From positions 64,001 through 128,000 of the forward strand of contig JASMDC010000004.1 in NCBI GenBank assembly GCA_030753015.1: DNA of 64,000 nt, in the 5' to 3' direction. Under the pieces are notes generated by a model, which worked only from the letters and a program-made list of their open reading frames with translations, ran no database searches and had not been told where the DNA came from. Origin of the DNA: Candidatus Undinarchaeales archaeon. GTDB taxonomy: Archaea; SpSt-1190; JASMDC01. A program made the translations under genes and the position numbers. This document shows, piece by piece, positions 28,232-36,384 of the stretch (position 1 is its first letter; each line of letters opens with the position of its first letter).

Positions 28232-29257
28232 CTAGGACAGGGGAATCGTCTGACCCCCAATTATCAGAACGTACTTCATAGCGAACACCCCGATGAGCAC
28301 GAGGAGCGACACCAGCTGGTAGGTGGCGACGGACTCTCCGCCGATGAAGACCAGAATGGCCAGAGGGATGAGCAAACCCACTACGACCTGTCCGCCGATG
28401 TACAGGGTGCTCATGCTCCCCTCGGTGAGGAGCTTGGCCGTGGCCTGGCCCTCGGCGCCCGAGTACTTCAGGACGATCATGTCCGAGAACACCAGGATCA
28501 GTTCGAAGGCAAGGAAGATCGCAAGAATCGTTCCCAGGAGCGAGATGACCTCGCCCTTCGTGGGACAGTAGTCGTCCTCAGACTCCGCCTTCACCACCTT
28601 CGCAGCGGGCTTCGGCTTGGCCTCCTCCTTGGACTCCTTGACTGTCTTCTCTTCCTTCTCCTCCTCTTCGGCCTCGTCATCCTCTTCTTCGTCAGCCTTC
28701 TTCGGGCAGCTGTGCGCGGGACCAATTATCCCGTGGACGAGGATGATGAGGGCGGCCGATGACGTGATCGCCGACACCAGGAACACCAGGGGAAGTGTGG
28801 GGCTATGCCAGAGCGGACGCTGTCGGATCACACCGAAGAGAACACCCTTGTACATCTCGATGGCAACGGCGGAGAGGAAGCCGAGCTTGCCGGCGAATTG
28901 GACGAGATCGTTCTTCCCGGTATTGAGGGCATAGAAGTAGAGCGCGCTCATCAGTGTGAAGAGAGATCCGATGTACACGTCCCAGGTCATGGGAGAGGTC
29001 ACGTTCACCCTGAAGAACAGGGTTATGAAGCGCTCAGGGCGCCCCATCTCTGCGATGATGAAGAGGGGACCGACCATGGCGAAGATCAGCGCCAGGAGGG
29101 CTGCCGTCTTCGCAATGGGCTTGAGCCGGCGTATACCGAACACCGGACCCAGGGTGGCGAGCATGAAGGAACCCGCCCCGAGCCCCAGAAGGGTCGAGTA
29201 GATCACGACGAGGTTCCCCCAGAAGAGCTCAGTGACGACCGTGTGGAAGATCGCCAT
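28232..29257 (-). CDS. NrfD/PsrC-type membrane anchor
   Basis: EMGRPERF, SPMTW, RPLWHSP..FLVSA; polytopic; contains a charged insert. Confidence 0.9.
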   Translation of the reverse strand: MAIFHTVVTELFWGNLVVIYSTLLGLGAGSFMLATLGPVFGIRRLKPIAKTAALLALIFAMVGPLFIIAEMGRPERFITLFFRVNVTSPMTWDVYIGSLFTLMSALYFYALNTGKNDLVQFAGKLGFLSAVAIEMYKGVLFGVIRQRPLWHSPTLPLVFLVSAITSSAALIILVHGIIGPAHSCPKKADEEEDDEAEEEEKEEKTVKESKEEAKPKPAAKVVKAESEDDYCPTKGEVISLLGTILAIFLAFELILVFSDMIVLKYSGAEGQATAKLLTEGSMSTLYIGGQVVVGLLIPLAILVFIGGESVATYQLVSLLVLIGVFAMKYVLIIGGQTIPLS

Positions 29258-29258
29258 G

Positions 29259-29954
29259 CTAGAAACCCCCTTCGTATGACTCTTCCTCAATTCTGCCCAT
29301 GATCGTTCCCTCCGGATAGATGTAGAACACGTGGGGATCGGTCCCGAGCTCGGGCTTCAGCACGATGGTCGGGTTCTGGCTGATGAGCTTGAAGGCCTCG
29401 CTATCGGGATCGGTTAGGTCGCCGAAGACGCGTGCCCTTCCCGTGCAGTTGTCTACACAGACGGGCTTCAGGCCCTTATCAACCCGGTGGGAGCAGAACG
29501 TGCACTTGTTCGCCACGCCATCGATCGGGTTGCGGAAGCGGGCGTCGTAGGGGCAGGCGACGATGCAGTAGCCGCACCCGACACAGATGTCGTAATCGAT
29601 GAGCACGATGCCGTCGTCCCTCTTGTGGGCTGCCTTCGTGGGGCAGACGGAGACGCATGGGGGGTCCTCACAGTGGTTGCACAGGCGGGGAAGGAACTGC
29701 CGTGAGACGTTCGGGTACTTGCCTTGCTCCACATCCTTCACCCATGCGCGCCATTTACCCTTGGGGACCTCGTACTCGCTCTTGCACGCTATTGTGCAGC
29801 TGTGGCACCCGGTGCATTTGCGCAGGTCGATGACCATGCCGTAACGCGGTCCGGGGTGTGTGGGATGTCCCGCCAGCGACGATATAGGCACCATCGCTGC
29901 CGCGGCGGCGGTTGCGGCGACCGCCTTTACTACGTTCCGTCTCTTTTCGTCCAA
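29259..29954 (-). CDS. 4x[4Fe-4S] electron-transfer subunit (TtrB/PsrB-like)
   Basis: KRRNVVK Tat-like leader; CTGCHSCTIAC, CNHCEDPPC, CVGCGYCIVACP, KCTFC. Confidence 0.92.
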   Translation of the reverse strand: MDEKRRNVVKAVAATAAAAAMVPISSLAGHPTHPGPRYGMVIDLRKCTGCHSCTIACKSEYEVPKGKWRAWVKDVEQGKYPNVSRQFLPRLCNHCEDPPCVSVCPTKAAHKRDDGIVLIDYDICVGCGYCIVACPYDARFRNPIDGVANKCTFCSHRVDKGLKPVCVDNCTGRARVFGDLTDPDSEAFKLISQNPTIVLKPELGTDPHVFYIYPEGTIMGRIEEESYEGGF

Positions 29955-30146
29955 GCATATCCCTCCAATAACACGGTGATAGCGCCGGGGAGGTGCCCCG
30001 GTTTTTTAAAAGTTATCATCGAAACTTTGCATTTTAAAGATTATTCCGATATAAGTTTCAAAATAGAAACTCTCTCTTCGATTGAACGTTTATTTTGTCC
30101 TATCTATACCCATTATATCCTTCAGTTCATAGGTTTCAGACCATAA

Positions 30147-30365
30147 TTATAACAGGGGGATAATCTGCCCTCATATCACGATCATGTACTTCATCGTAAA
30201 GACCTCGACGAGGACGAGAAATGACGCGAGCTGGAATACAGGAACGGGCTTCTCTCCACCAAGGAACGCGAGGATGGCGAGCGGGATGATCGATCCCAGA
30301 ACGATATTGATCCAGATGAACTGGGTGCTCATGGCGCCCTCCGTGAGGAGTTTTACGGTTTCATC
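30147..30365 (-). pseudogene. 3' remnant of an NrfD paralog
   Basis: ETVKLLTEGAMSTQFIWINIVLGSIIPLAILAFLGGEKPVPVFQLASFLVLVEVFTMKYMIVI*GQIIPLL* aligns with the C-terminus of the NrfD at 28232; internal TGA and no 5' part. Confidence 0.85.
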
Positions 30366-30407
30366 CCCATTATCTGGGCGGGGCCATGGCCACTTCTACC
30401 ACACGTC

Positions 30408-31100
30408 CTACCTTATCTGGCACGATGCCACATATCCCCCCACGACCTCCTTCATGACCCGCAGCTCATCCTCGCCGGGGCTCCTCGCGTCCATGAGGTC
30501 CGGATCGAGGAGCTTCGATGAAGGGCGGAATCCCTGGAGGAAGAATCGTCGGGCCCCGCGGACCATGGCCCCCACTTCCATGAGGTCCCCCTCCTTGAGC
30601 TGGGACCCGACGACGGTGGTCCTGAACTCGTGGTCGATCCCCGAATCGATGATCGTGGCGATGCTTCGAAGGACCCGGTCCTTGTCGATCCTTTTCCGGA
30701 CGATCGATCCGTACCTGTCCAGGGGCCCTTTCACGTCCATGGCGACATAGTCGACGAGCCCGGAGCTTATCACCCTCGCGAGCCTGTCCGGGAAGCTGCC
30801 GTTGGTGTCCAGCTTAACGAGATAGCCGAGCCTCTTGACCTTGTCGAGGAAGTCGTCGAGATCACGGTGTAGGAGGGGCTCGCCGCCCGTGACGGTGACG
30901 GCGTCGAGCTTCCCTCTTCGCTCTCCCAGGAAGGACAGGACTTCCGCTTCCGGGATGGGAGCGTGGAACCGTTCCGGGTCCACGAGCTCGGGATTGTGGC
31001 AATAACCGCATCTCAGATTGCACCCCTGGGTGAAAACGACGGCCGAGAGCTTGCCAGGGTACTCTATCAGCGAGAACCTCTGGAGGCCGGCGATCTTCAT
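30408..31100 (-). CDS. nrdG: Anaerobic ribonucleotide reductase activase (radical SAM)
   Basis: VFTQGCNLRCGYCHNP, TGGEP, KLDTNG; adjacent to nrdD. Confidence 0.93.
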   Translation of the reverse strand: MKIAGLQRFSLIEYPGKLSAVVFTQGCNLRCGYCHNPELVDPERFHAPIPEAEVLSFLGERRGKLDAVTVTGGEPLLHRDLDDFLDKVKRLGYLVKLDTNGSFPDRLARVISSGLVDYVAMDVKGPLDRYGSIVRKRIDKDRVLRSIATIIDSGIDHEFRTTVVGSQLKEGDLMEVGAMVRGARRFFLQGFRPSSKLLDPDLMDARSPGEDELRVMKEVVGGYVASCQIR

Positions 31101-31102
31101 GG

Positions 31103-33208
31103 TCACCCCTCCACGGCATACACGGTCCTCGTCCCGAACTCGGCTTTCTTTCCCTTGTTCCACTGACTCGTGGGCCTCAGGTACCCCACCACCCTCGAGA
31201 AGACCTCCGCTCTGCGCCCGCAGGTGGGACAAGTCTCATGCTCGCCTGCAAGATAGCCATGAGTGGGGCAGACGCTGAAAGTCGGGGTGAAGGTAATATA
31301 GGGTAGGCGGTAGTTCTCGCAGAGCCGTCGGACCAGGAGCTTGACCGTGTCGGGGCTCAGGGGCATTTCACCTGCGAAGACGTGCAGGACCGTCCCCCCG
31401 GTGTACCGTGTCTGGAACTCGTCCTGCAGATCGAACGCCTCGAACACGTCGTCGGTGAAGTTCACGGGCAGGTGTGTGGAGTTGGTATAGAACGGCTCGG
31501 CCCCTTGGCCGTGGTGTTCCTCGTTGGCGCATATGATGGCGGGATGCTTCTCCTTGTCGGCCTTGGCAAGCCTGTAGGACGCTCCCTCCGCAGGGGTGGC
31601 CTCGAGGTTGTAGTTGTTCCCCGTCTCCTCCTGGAACGTCACGAGCTTCTCCCTCATTGCGTCAAGGACCTTGAGCGTGAAGGCATGCCCGCGCTCGCTT
31701 GCGATGTTTTCTCCGAACAGGTTCAAGCAGGCCTCGTTCATCCCAATGAGACCGATCGTCGAGAAGTGGTTCTTCCAGTATTCACCGAACCTTTCTTTGA
31801 TATGGTCGAGGTAATGCTTCGTATATGGATAGAGGTCGTTCTCCGTGAACTTCTCCAGCGCCTTCCTCTTTATCTCAAGGCTCTCCCTGGCCAGGACCAT
31901 CAGTGCGTCAAGGCGCTCCATGAACCCGTTCTCGTCATCGGCGAGAAAGCCGATCCTCGGCATGTTCAACGTGACCACACCGATGGAGCCTGTCAGTGGA
32001 TTGGCGCCGAAGAGCGCGCCTCCCCTCTTCTCCAGGACCCGGTTGTCCAGTCGTAGCCGGCAGCACATCGAGCGGGCGTCCTCGGGACTCATATCGGAAT
32101 TGATGAAGTTGGAGAAGTAGGGCACCCCGTACTTTGCCGTCATCTCCCACAATCCCTCCAACCGGGGATTTTCCCAGTCGAAATCCTTGGTGATGTTGTA
32201 GGTCGGGATCGGGAAGGTGAACACCCTCCCCTTGGCGTCCCCTTCCATCATCACTTCGAAGAGCGCTCTGTTGAAGATGTCCATCTCCTCTTGGAACTCC
32301 CGATAGGGCTCACTCTGCATGACGCCGCCGATAATGACGCCTTGATCGGAATAGGCGCTCGGCACCGTCAGGTCCAGGGAAAGGTTCGTGAAAGGCGTCT
32401 GGAAACCCACTCTCGTGGGAACGTTCACGTTGAAGACGAACTCTTGGAGGCACTGCTTGACCTCTTTATAATTCAGCCCATCGTACCGTATGAAGGGGGC
32501 CAGGAGGGTGTCGAAATTGGATAGTGCCTGTGCACCAGCGGCCTCACCTTGCAGCGTGTAGAAGAAGTTGACCACCTGTCCGAGAGCACTGCGAAAATGT
32601 CTAGCCGGATCGCTCTCCACCTTCCCCGGAACACCCCTGAATCCTTCCATCAGCAGTTGATGGAGGTCCCAGCCGACGCAGTAGACGGAGATGGTATTGA
32701 GATCATGGATGTGAAGGTCGCCGTTCACATGGGCCGCTCTCACCTCCGGCGGGTAGATGCTGTTCAACCAGTAGACCTTGCTGACCTCCGAGGATATGTA
32801 ATTGTTCAATCCCTGCAATGAGAAGGCCATGTTGCTGTTCTCGTTGACCTTCCAATCGTTCAGCTCGAGATACTGGTCCACGAGGTCAACTCCTGCCTTC
32901 TCTGCGATCTCCCGCATCCGTGCATGTTGCTCTCGGTACAGGATGTACGCTTTGGCCGTCATGCGGTAGGGGGATGACAGCAGCACCTCCTCGACGACGT
33001 CCTGCACCTCTTCCACCGTCGGGACCTTGTGGGTGATCACCTGCTGGACAAGGCTCAGGACCTTCAGCGTAAGCCGCTTGGCGACCACCTCGTCGAACTC
33101 GCCCGTGGCCTCCCCGGCCCGCCGGATGGCGACCGTTATCTTTGCAGGATCGAACTTCCGGATCTTCCCGTCCCTCTTCCTAATTCTCTTGAATACATGG
33201 GGGGCCAT
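31103..33208 (-). CDS. nrdD: Class III anaerobic ribonucleoside-triphosphate reductase with ATP-cone
   Basis: IRKRDG ATP-cone, RSMCCRL, EATPAEG, YTGGT, glycyl-radical loop SRVVGYLRP. Confidence 0.96.
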   Translation of the reverse strand: MAPHVFKRIRKRDGKIRKFDPAKITVAIRRAGEATGEFDEVVAKRLTLKVLSLVQQVITHKVPTVEEVQDVVEEVLLSSPYRMTAKAYILYREQHARMREIAEKAGVDLVDQYLELNDWKVNENSNMAFSLQGLNNYISSEVSKVYWLNSIYPPEVRAAHVNGDLHIHDLNTISVYCVGWDLHQLLMEGFRGVPGKVESDPARHFRSALGQVVNFFYTLQGEAAGAQALSNFDTLLAPFIRYDGLNYKEVKQCLQEFVFNVNVPTRVGFQTPFTNLSLDLTVPSAYSDQGVIIGGVMQSEPYREFQEEMDIFNRALFEVMMEGDAKGRVFTFPIPTYNITKDFDWENPRLEGLWEMTAKYGVPYFSNFINSDMSPEDARSMCCRLRLDNRVLEKRGGALFGANPLTGSIGVVTLNMPRIGFLADDENGFMERLDALMVLARESLEIKRKALEKFTENDLYPYTKHYLDHIKERFGEYWKNHFSTIGLIGMNEACLNLFGENIASERGHAFTLKVLDAMREKLVTFQEETGNNYNLEATPAEGASYRLAKADKEKHPAIICANEEHHGQGAEPFYTNSTHLPVNFTDDVFEAFDLQDEFQTRYTGGTVLHVFAGEMPLSPDTVKLLVRRLCENYRLPYITFTPTFSVCPTHGYLAGEHETCPTCGRRAEVFSRVVGYLRPTSQWNKGKKAEFGTRTVYAVEG

Positions 33209-33882
33209 TACAATCTTCCTCTAATCCCAAGGAATCGGGGATGAGTTCCGCCCGGGGGTGGGGGTGGGTGGAAATGTCCTTCTTCGAAGGGGATAAAGAT
33301 ACAATAATTGATTCTTTATATTTCCATGCTTGGGGTTGTTGAGTTGCCATTCTTCACCTGCGGAAATCGTGTTTGATTGGGCTGCGGGTCATCGGTTTTC
33401 AGAGTCTTTATAAACGTCACGGCCGCGTGTTAAGGTATCCCTATTGATACTATTTATTTAATAGTTATCGGGATTCTGTCGATTTTACATTCCCTGCGGC
33501 CGAGGCCGGCTGATTCATGGAGATTTTGATGGAATGGACCGCTCCCACGTTCCCACTGGGTTTGCAGTGGCCCAGTTAATGTGATCTCCGAGAGCGGCGC
33601 CTTTAGAGTCATTACATTGGATTTGAGGTAGATGAAGGCGTCCCATGAATCACTCTCAATGAGCGTCGCCTCTTTATTCCACCAGATGAAGGCCCTTGAG
33701 CATCCCTCCGGACAATAGTAGGCGGTTCAACGTTATATACAAAAGGAGGGTGGCATGCCGGTACTCAGGTGGATCTCGTACCTTTCGGATTTGGTTCCCC
33801 CCCGGGAAACACGATATTCATCCTACCCATGAATTTGTGGGCTTTCTAGATGCTCCGCCACTAGGCTGCAACGGCCAGGGCG

Positions 33883-34202
33883 GAGCTGGTCGAGGTGGAA
33901 CCGAGGAACACGTCACGGATGTGCAGCCTGTGCGGGAACATCGTTCCCAGGGCGCGGATCAGCGCCCATCGGTGCCCGCATTGTGGGTCTGAGGAGCATT
34001 AGGACGTGAACGTCGCAGTGAACATTCTCGCAGAAACTAGGGCTGGACGAGCCCGAAGTCATGCCTGTGGAGATCCTGCCTCTACTCCCTCCCTGAACGC
34101 GGGGGCTAGCGGAGTCGACGAAACTGGAACTATACGCGGTTGTCCGCACGCCCGTGTGGTCACCGCTGGAAGCCCGTGGATTTATCCACGGGAGGATGTC
34201 AC
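33883..34202 (+). mobile_element. tnpB: Decayed IS200/IS605-family element: tnpB 3' fragment plus right end
   Basis: VEVEPRNTSRMCSLCG...CPHCGSEEH*DVNVAVNIL (zinc ribbon plus RuvC-III, TAG at 34000). Right-end hairpin CCCGTGGA-TTTA-TCCACGGG then AGGATGTCAC. Confidence 0.88.
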
Positions 34203-34309
34203 CTACAGTTTGACTTCAACGGCCCTTTGCGTCGGAATTCCTGCATCGTATCCTGGCGCTCATGGGATGCCAATGTCGGGAGGCCCGGTCGCCCATGCGA
34301 CTCCTACCA

Positions 34310-35557
34310 TCATTCCTGCTCGTGTTCGCACACGTCTCTGACGTCGTCCTGGGACAACGCCCGCCGCAGCTGCGCCGTGAGCACGGGTATCACCTCGTTC
34401 ACGTCCCCCACGATACCGAAGTCGGTGTGGTCGAAGATGGGGGCCTCCGGATCGTTGTTGATGGCCACGATGACCTCCGATGTCTGCATGCCCGCCATGT
34501 GCTGGACGGCACCGGAGATGCCGCAGGCGATGTAGAGCCGTGGGCTGACTGTCCTGCCGCTCAGTCCGACCTGATGTGCGTGATCGGTCCAACCCTCGTC
34601 CACCAGCGGCCGGCTCACGCCAACCACGCCCCCCAGGAGATCCGCAAGCTCCCGGAGCATCAACAGTCCCTTCCGGTCACCAAGACCGCGCCCGCCGGCG
34701 ACGACCACATCGGCGTCGACGATGCTCTCCTCCCGTACACCACAGACGATGTCAAGGACACGGATGCGCTCGGTGAGGCCGGACAGGTCGGACACCTGAC
34801 GCGCGATGTCGCCCTCGTGATGGGGGTTCGACAGCGGCCTGGGGAAGGTGCGCGGGCGCACGGTGGCCATCTGCGGCCGGCTGTCAGGGCAGACGATGGT
34901 GGCCATGACGTTGCCGCCGAAGGCGGGGCGCGTCTGGAGAAGGAGCCGTCGTCCCTCGTGCTCGCCAATTGCCAGACCGGTGCAGTCGGCCGTCAGTCCC
35001 GTTCGCAGTCGCACCGCCAGACGCGGGCCCAGGGATCTACCCAGGGAGGTGGCGCCGATCAGCAGGATGCTCGGACACACCTCGCCTACGAGCCCGGCCA
35101 TCGCCGCTGTGAGGGCTTCCACGCGGGGATTGGTGAGGCAAGGGTCGTCGAGCAGAAGGACGCGGTCGGCCCCCGACATCACCAGGGAGCTGGCCAGTCC
35201 TTCATCAACTGGTCCCGGCAGGGCGCACACCAGAGGCTCGGCCAGCTCGTCGGCCAGCTCCCGGCCCTTGCTCAGGAGCTCGAAGGCAACGTCCCGCACG
35301 GCATCACCATCGCGCTCGGCGAATACCATGACACCACATCCTTCGTCAGGTCCCCGGCGCGGGACGGCCTCGCGAAGGATGAGCGCCACCTCGGGACAGG
35401 CTTTGATGCACGCACCGCACAGGCGGCAGCTATCGTCGATGACGGGGTACGGATCCAGCAAGACCGAGCCGAAGGGGCAGACGTCGCGACACACGCCGCA
35501 TCGCGAGCACCGGTCGCGGTCCAGATCGATGGCGCCCTGATCCCTTTTGCCGCTCAT
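34310..35557 (-). CDS. etfA: Electron transfer flavoprotein alpha with N-terminal 2x[4Fe-4S] domain
   Basis: CSRCGVCRDVCP and CRLCGACIKACP; GLTADCT, QTRPAFGGN, QVGLSGRTV, GISGAVQH. Confidence 0.93.
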   Translation of the reverse strand: MSGKRDQGAIDLDRDRCSRCGVCRDVCPFGSVLLDPYPVIDDSCRLCGACIKACPEVALILREAVPRRGPDEGCGVMVFAERDGDAVRDVAFELLSKGRELADELAEPLVCALPGPVDEGLASSLVMSGADRVLLLDDPCLTNPRVEALTAAMAGLVGEVCPSILLIGATSLGRSLGPRLAVRLRTGLTADCTGLAIGEHEGRRLLLQTRPAFGGNVMATIVCPDSRPQMATVRPRTFPRPLSNPHHEGDIARQVSDLSGLTERIRVLDIVCGVREESIVDADVVVAGGRGLGDRKGLLMLRELADLLGGVVGVSRPLVDEGWTDHAHQVGLSGRTVSPRLYIACGISGAVQHMAGMQTSEVIVAINNDPEAPIFDHTDFGIVGDVNEVIPVLTAQLRRALSQDDVRDVCEHEQE

Positions 35558-36384
35558 AGGCCGCCATCCCCTACGATGCGCTGTTCGAGGAGCACCTGGA
35601 CGAGCCCGGAGACCGCGTCCTCGGGATCCCCGTCGAACACCCTGCCCCGTGCCCGCTTCGGCGGCGGGAACACACGTACTACGCGGGTCGGTGAGCCCGC
35701 GAGGCCCAGGCGCCGGATGTCCACGTCGAGGTCCTTGGCCGTCAGTACCTTGAAGGATCGCTCCCGGGCCGCCATCCATTGTTCGAGGTCGGGCATCCGC
35801 GGCTCATTGATCCCCTTGACGACGGTGACGAGGCAGGGGAGGTCCACCACGAGCGTCTCGACCCGAAGGTCCAGCTCCCGCTCCACGGTGAGCGCCCCTT
35901 CATCCGGCCCCGAGACGGACGTGACATAGCACACGTGGGGTATCGCCAGGAGCTCGGCCAGTCCCGGCCCCACCTGACCAGTGTCCCCGTCGGTCGTCTT
36001 GGTACCGCAGAGGATCAGGTCGAACCGGCCGCACGCCGCCACACCTCGGGCGAGCGTGTAGGATGTAGCGAGGGTGTCAGCGCCGGCGAAGGCCCGGTCG
36101 GAGAGGAGCACAGCGCGATCGCAGCCTAGGGCCAGCGCGTACCGTAGAGCGTGCTCTGCCTGGGGCGGGCCCATGCTCAGCGCGGTCACCTCAGCGCTGC
36201 ACCCCGTGGCCGCCAACCGCCCGCGTATGCGCACCGCTTCCTCGAGTGCATAGAGGTCGAAAGGGTTGAGCTGCGAGGCGACACCGGTGCGCTTCAGCGT
36301 CCCCGTCCCCTCGTCGGTCTCCACCGTCTCGGAGGCCGGCACCTGCTTGACACAGACAATGATGGAGAACGTATCGCCGGTCAC
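35554..36384 (-). CDS. etfB: Electron transfer flavoprotein beta
   Basis: IIVCVKQVP, NPFD..ALEEA, SDRAFAGADTLATSYTLA, DGDTGQVGP. Confidence 0.95.
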   Translation of the reverse strand: MTGDTFSIIVCVKQVPASETVETDEGTGTLKRTGVASQLNPFDLYALEEAVRIRGRLAATGCSAEVTALSMGPPQAEHALRYALALGCDRAVLLSDRAFAGADTLATSYTLARGVAACGRFDLILCGTKTTDGDTGQVGPGLAELLAIPHVCYVTSVSGPDEGALTVERELDLRVETLVVDLPCLVTVVKGINEPRMPDLEQWMAARERSFKVLTAKDLDVDIRRLGLAGSPTRVVRVFPPPKRARGRVFDGDPEDAVSGLVQVLLEQRIVGDGGL

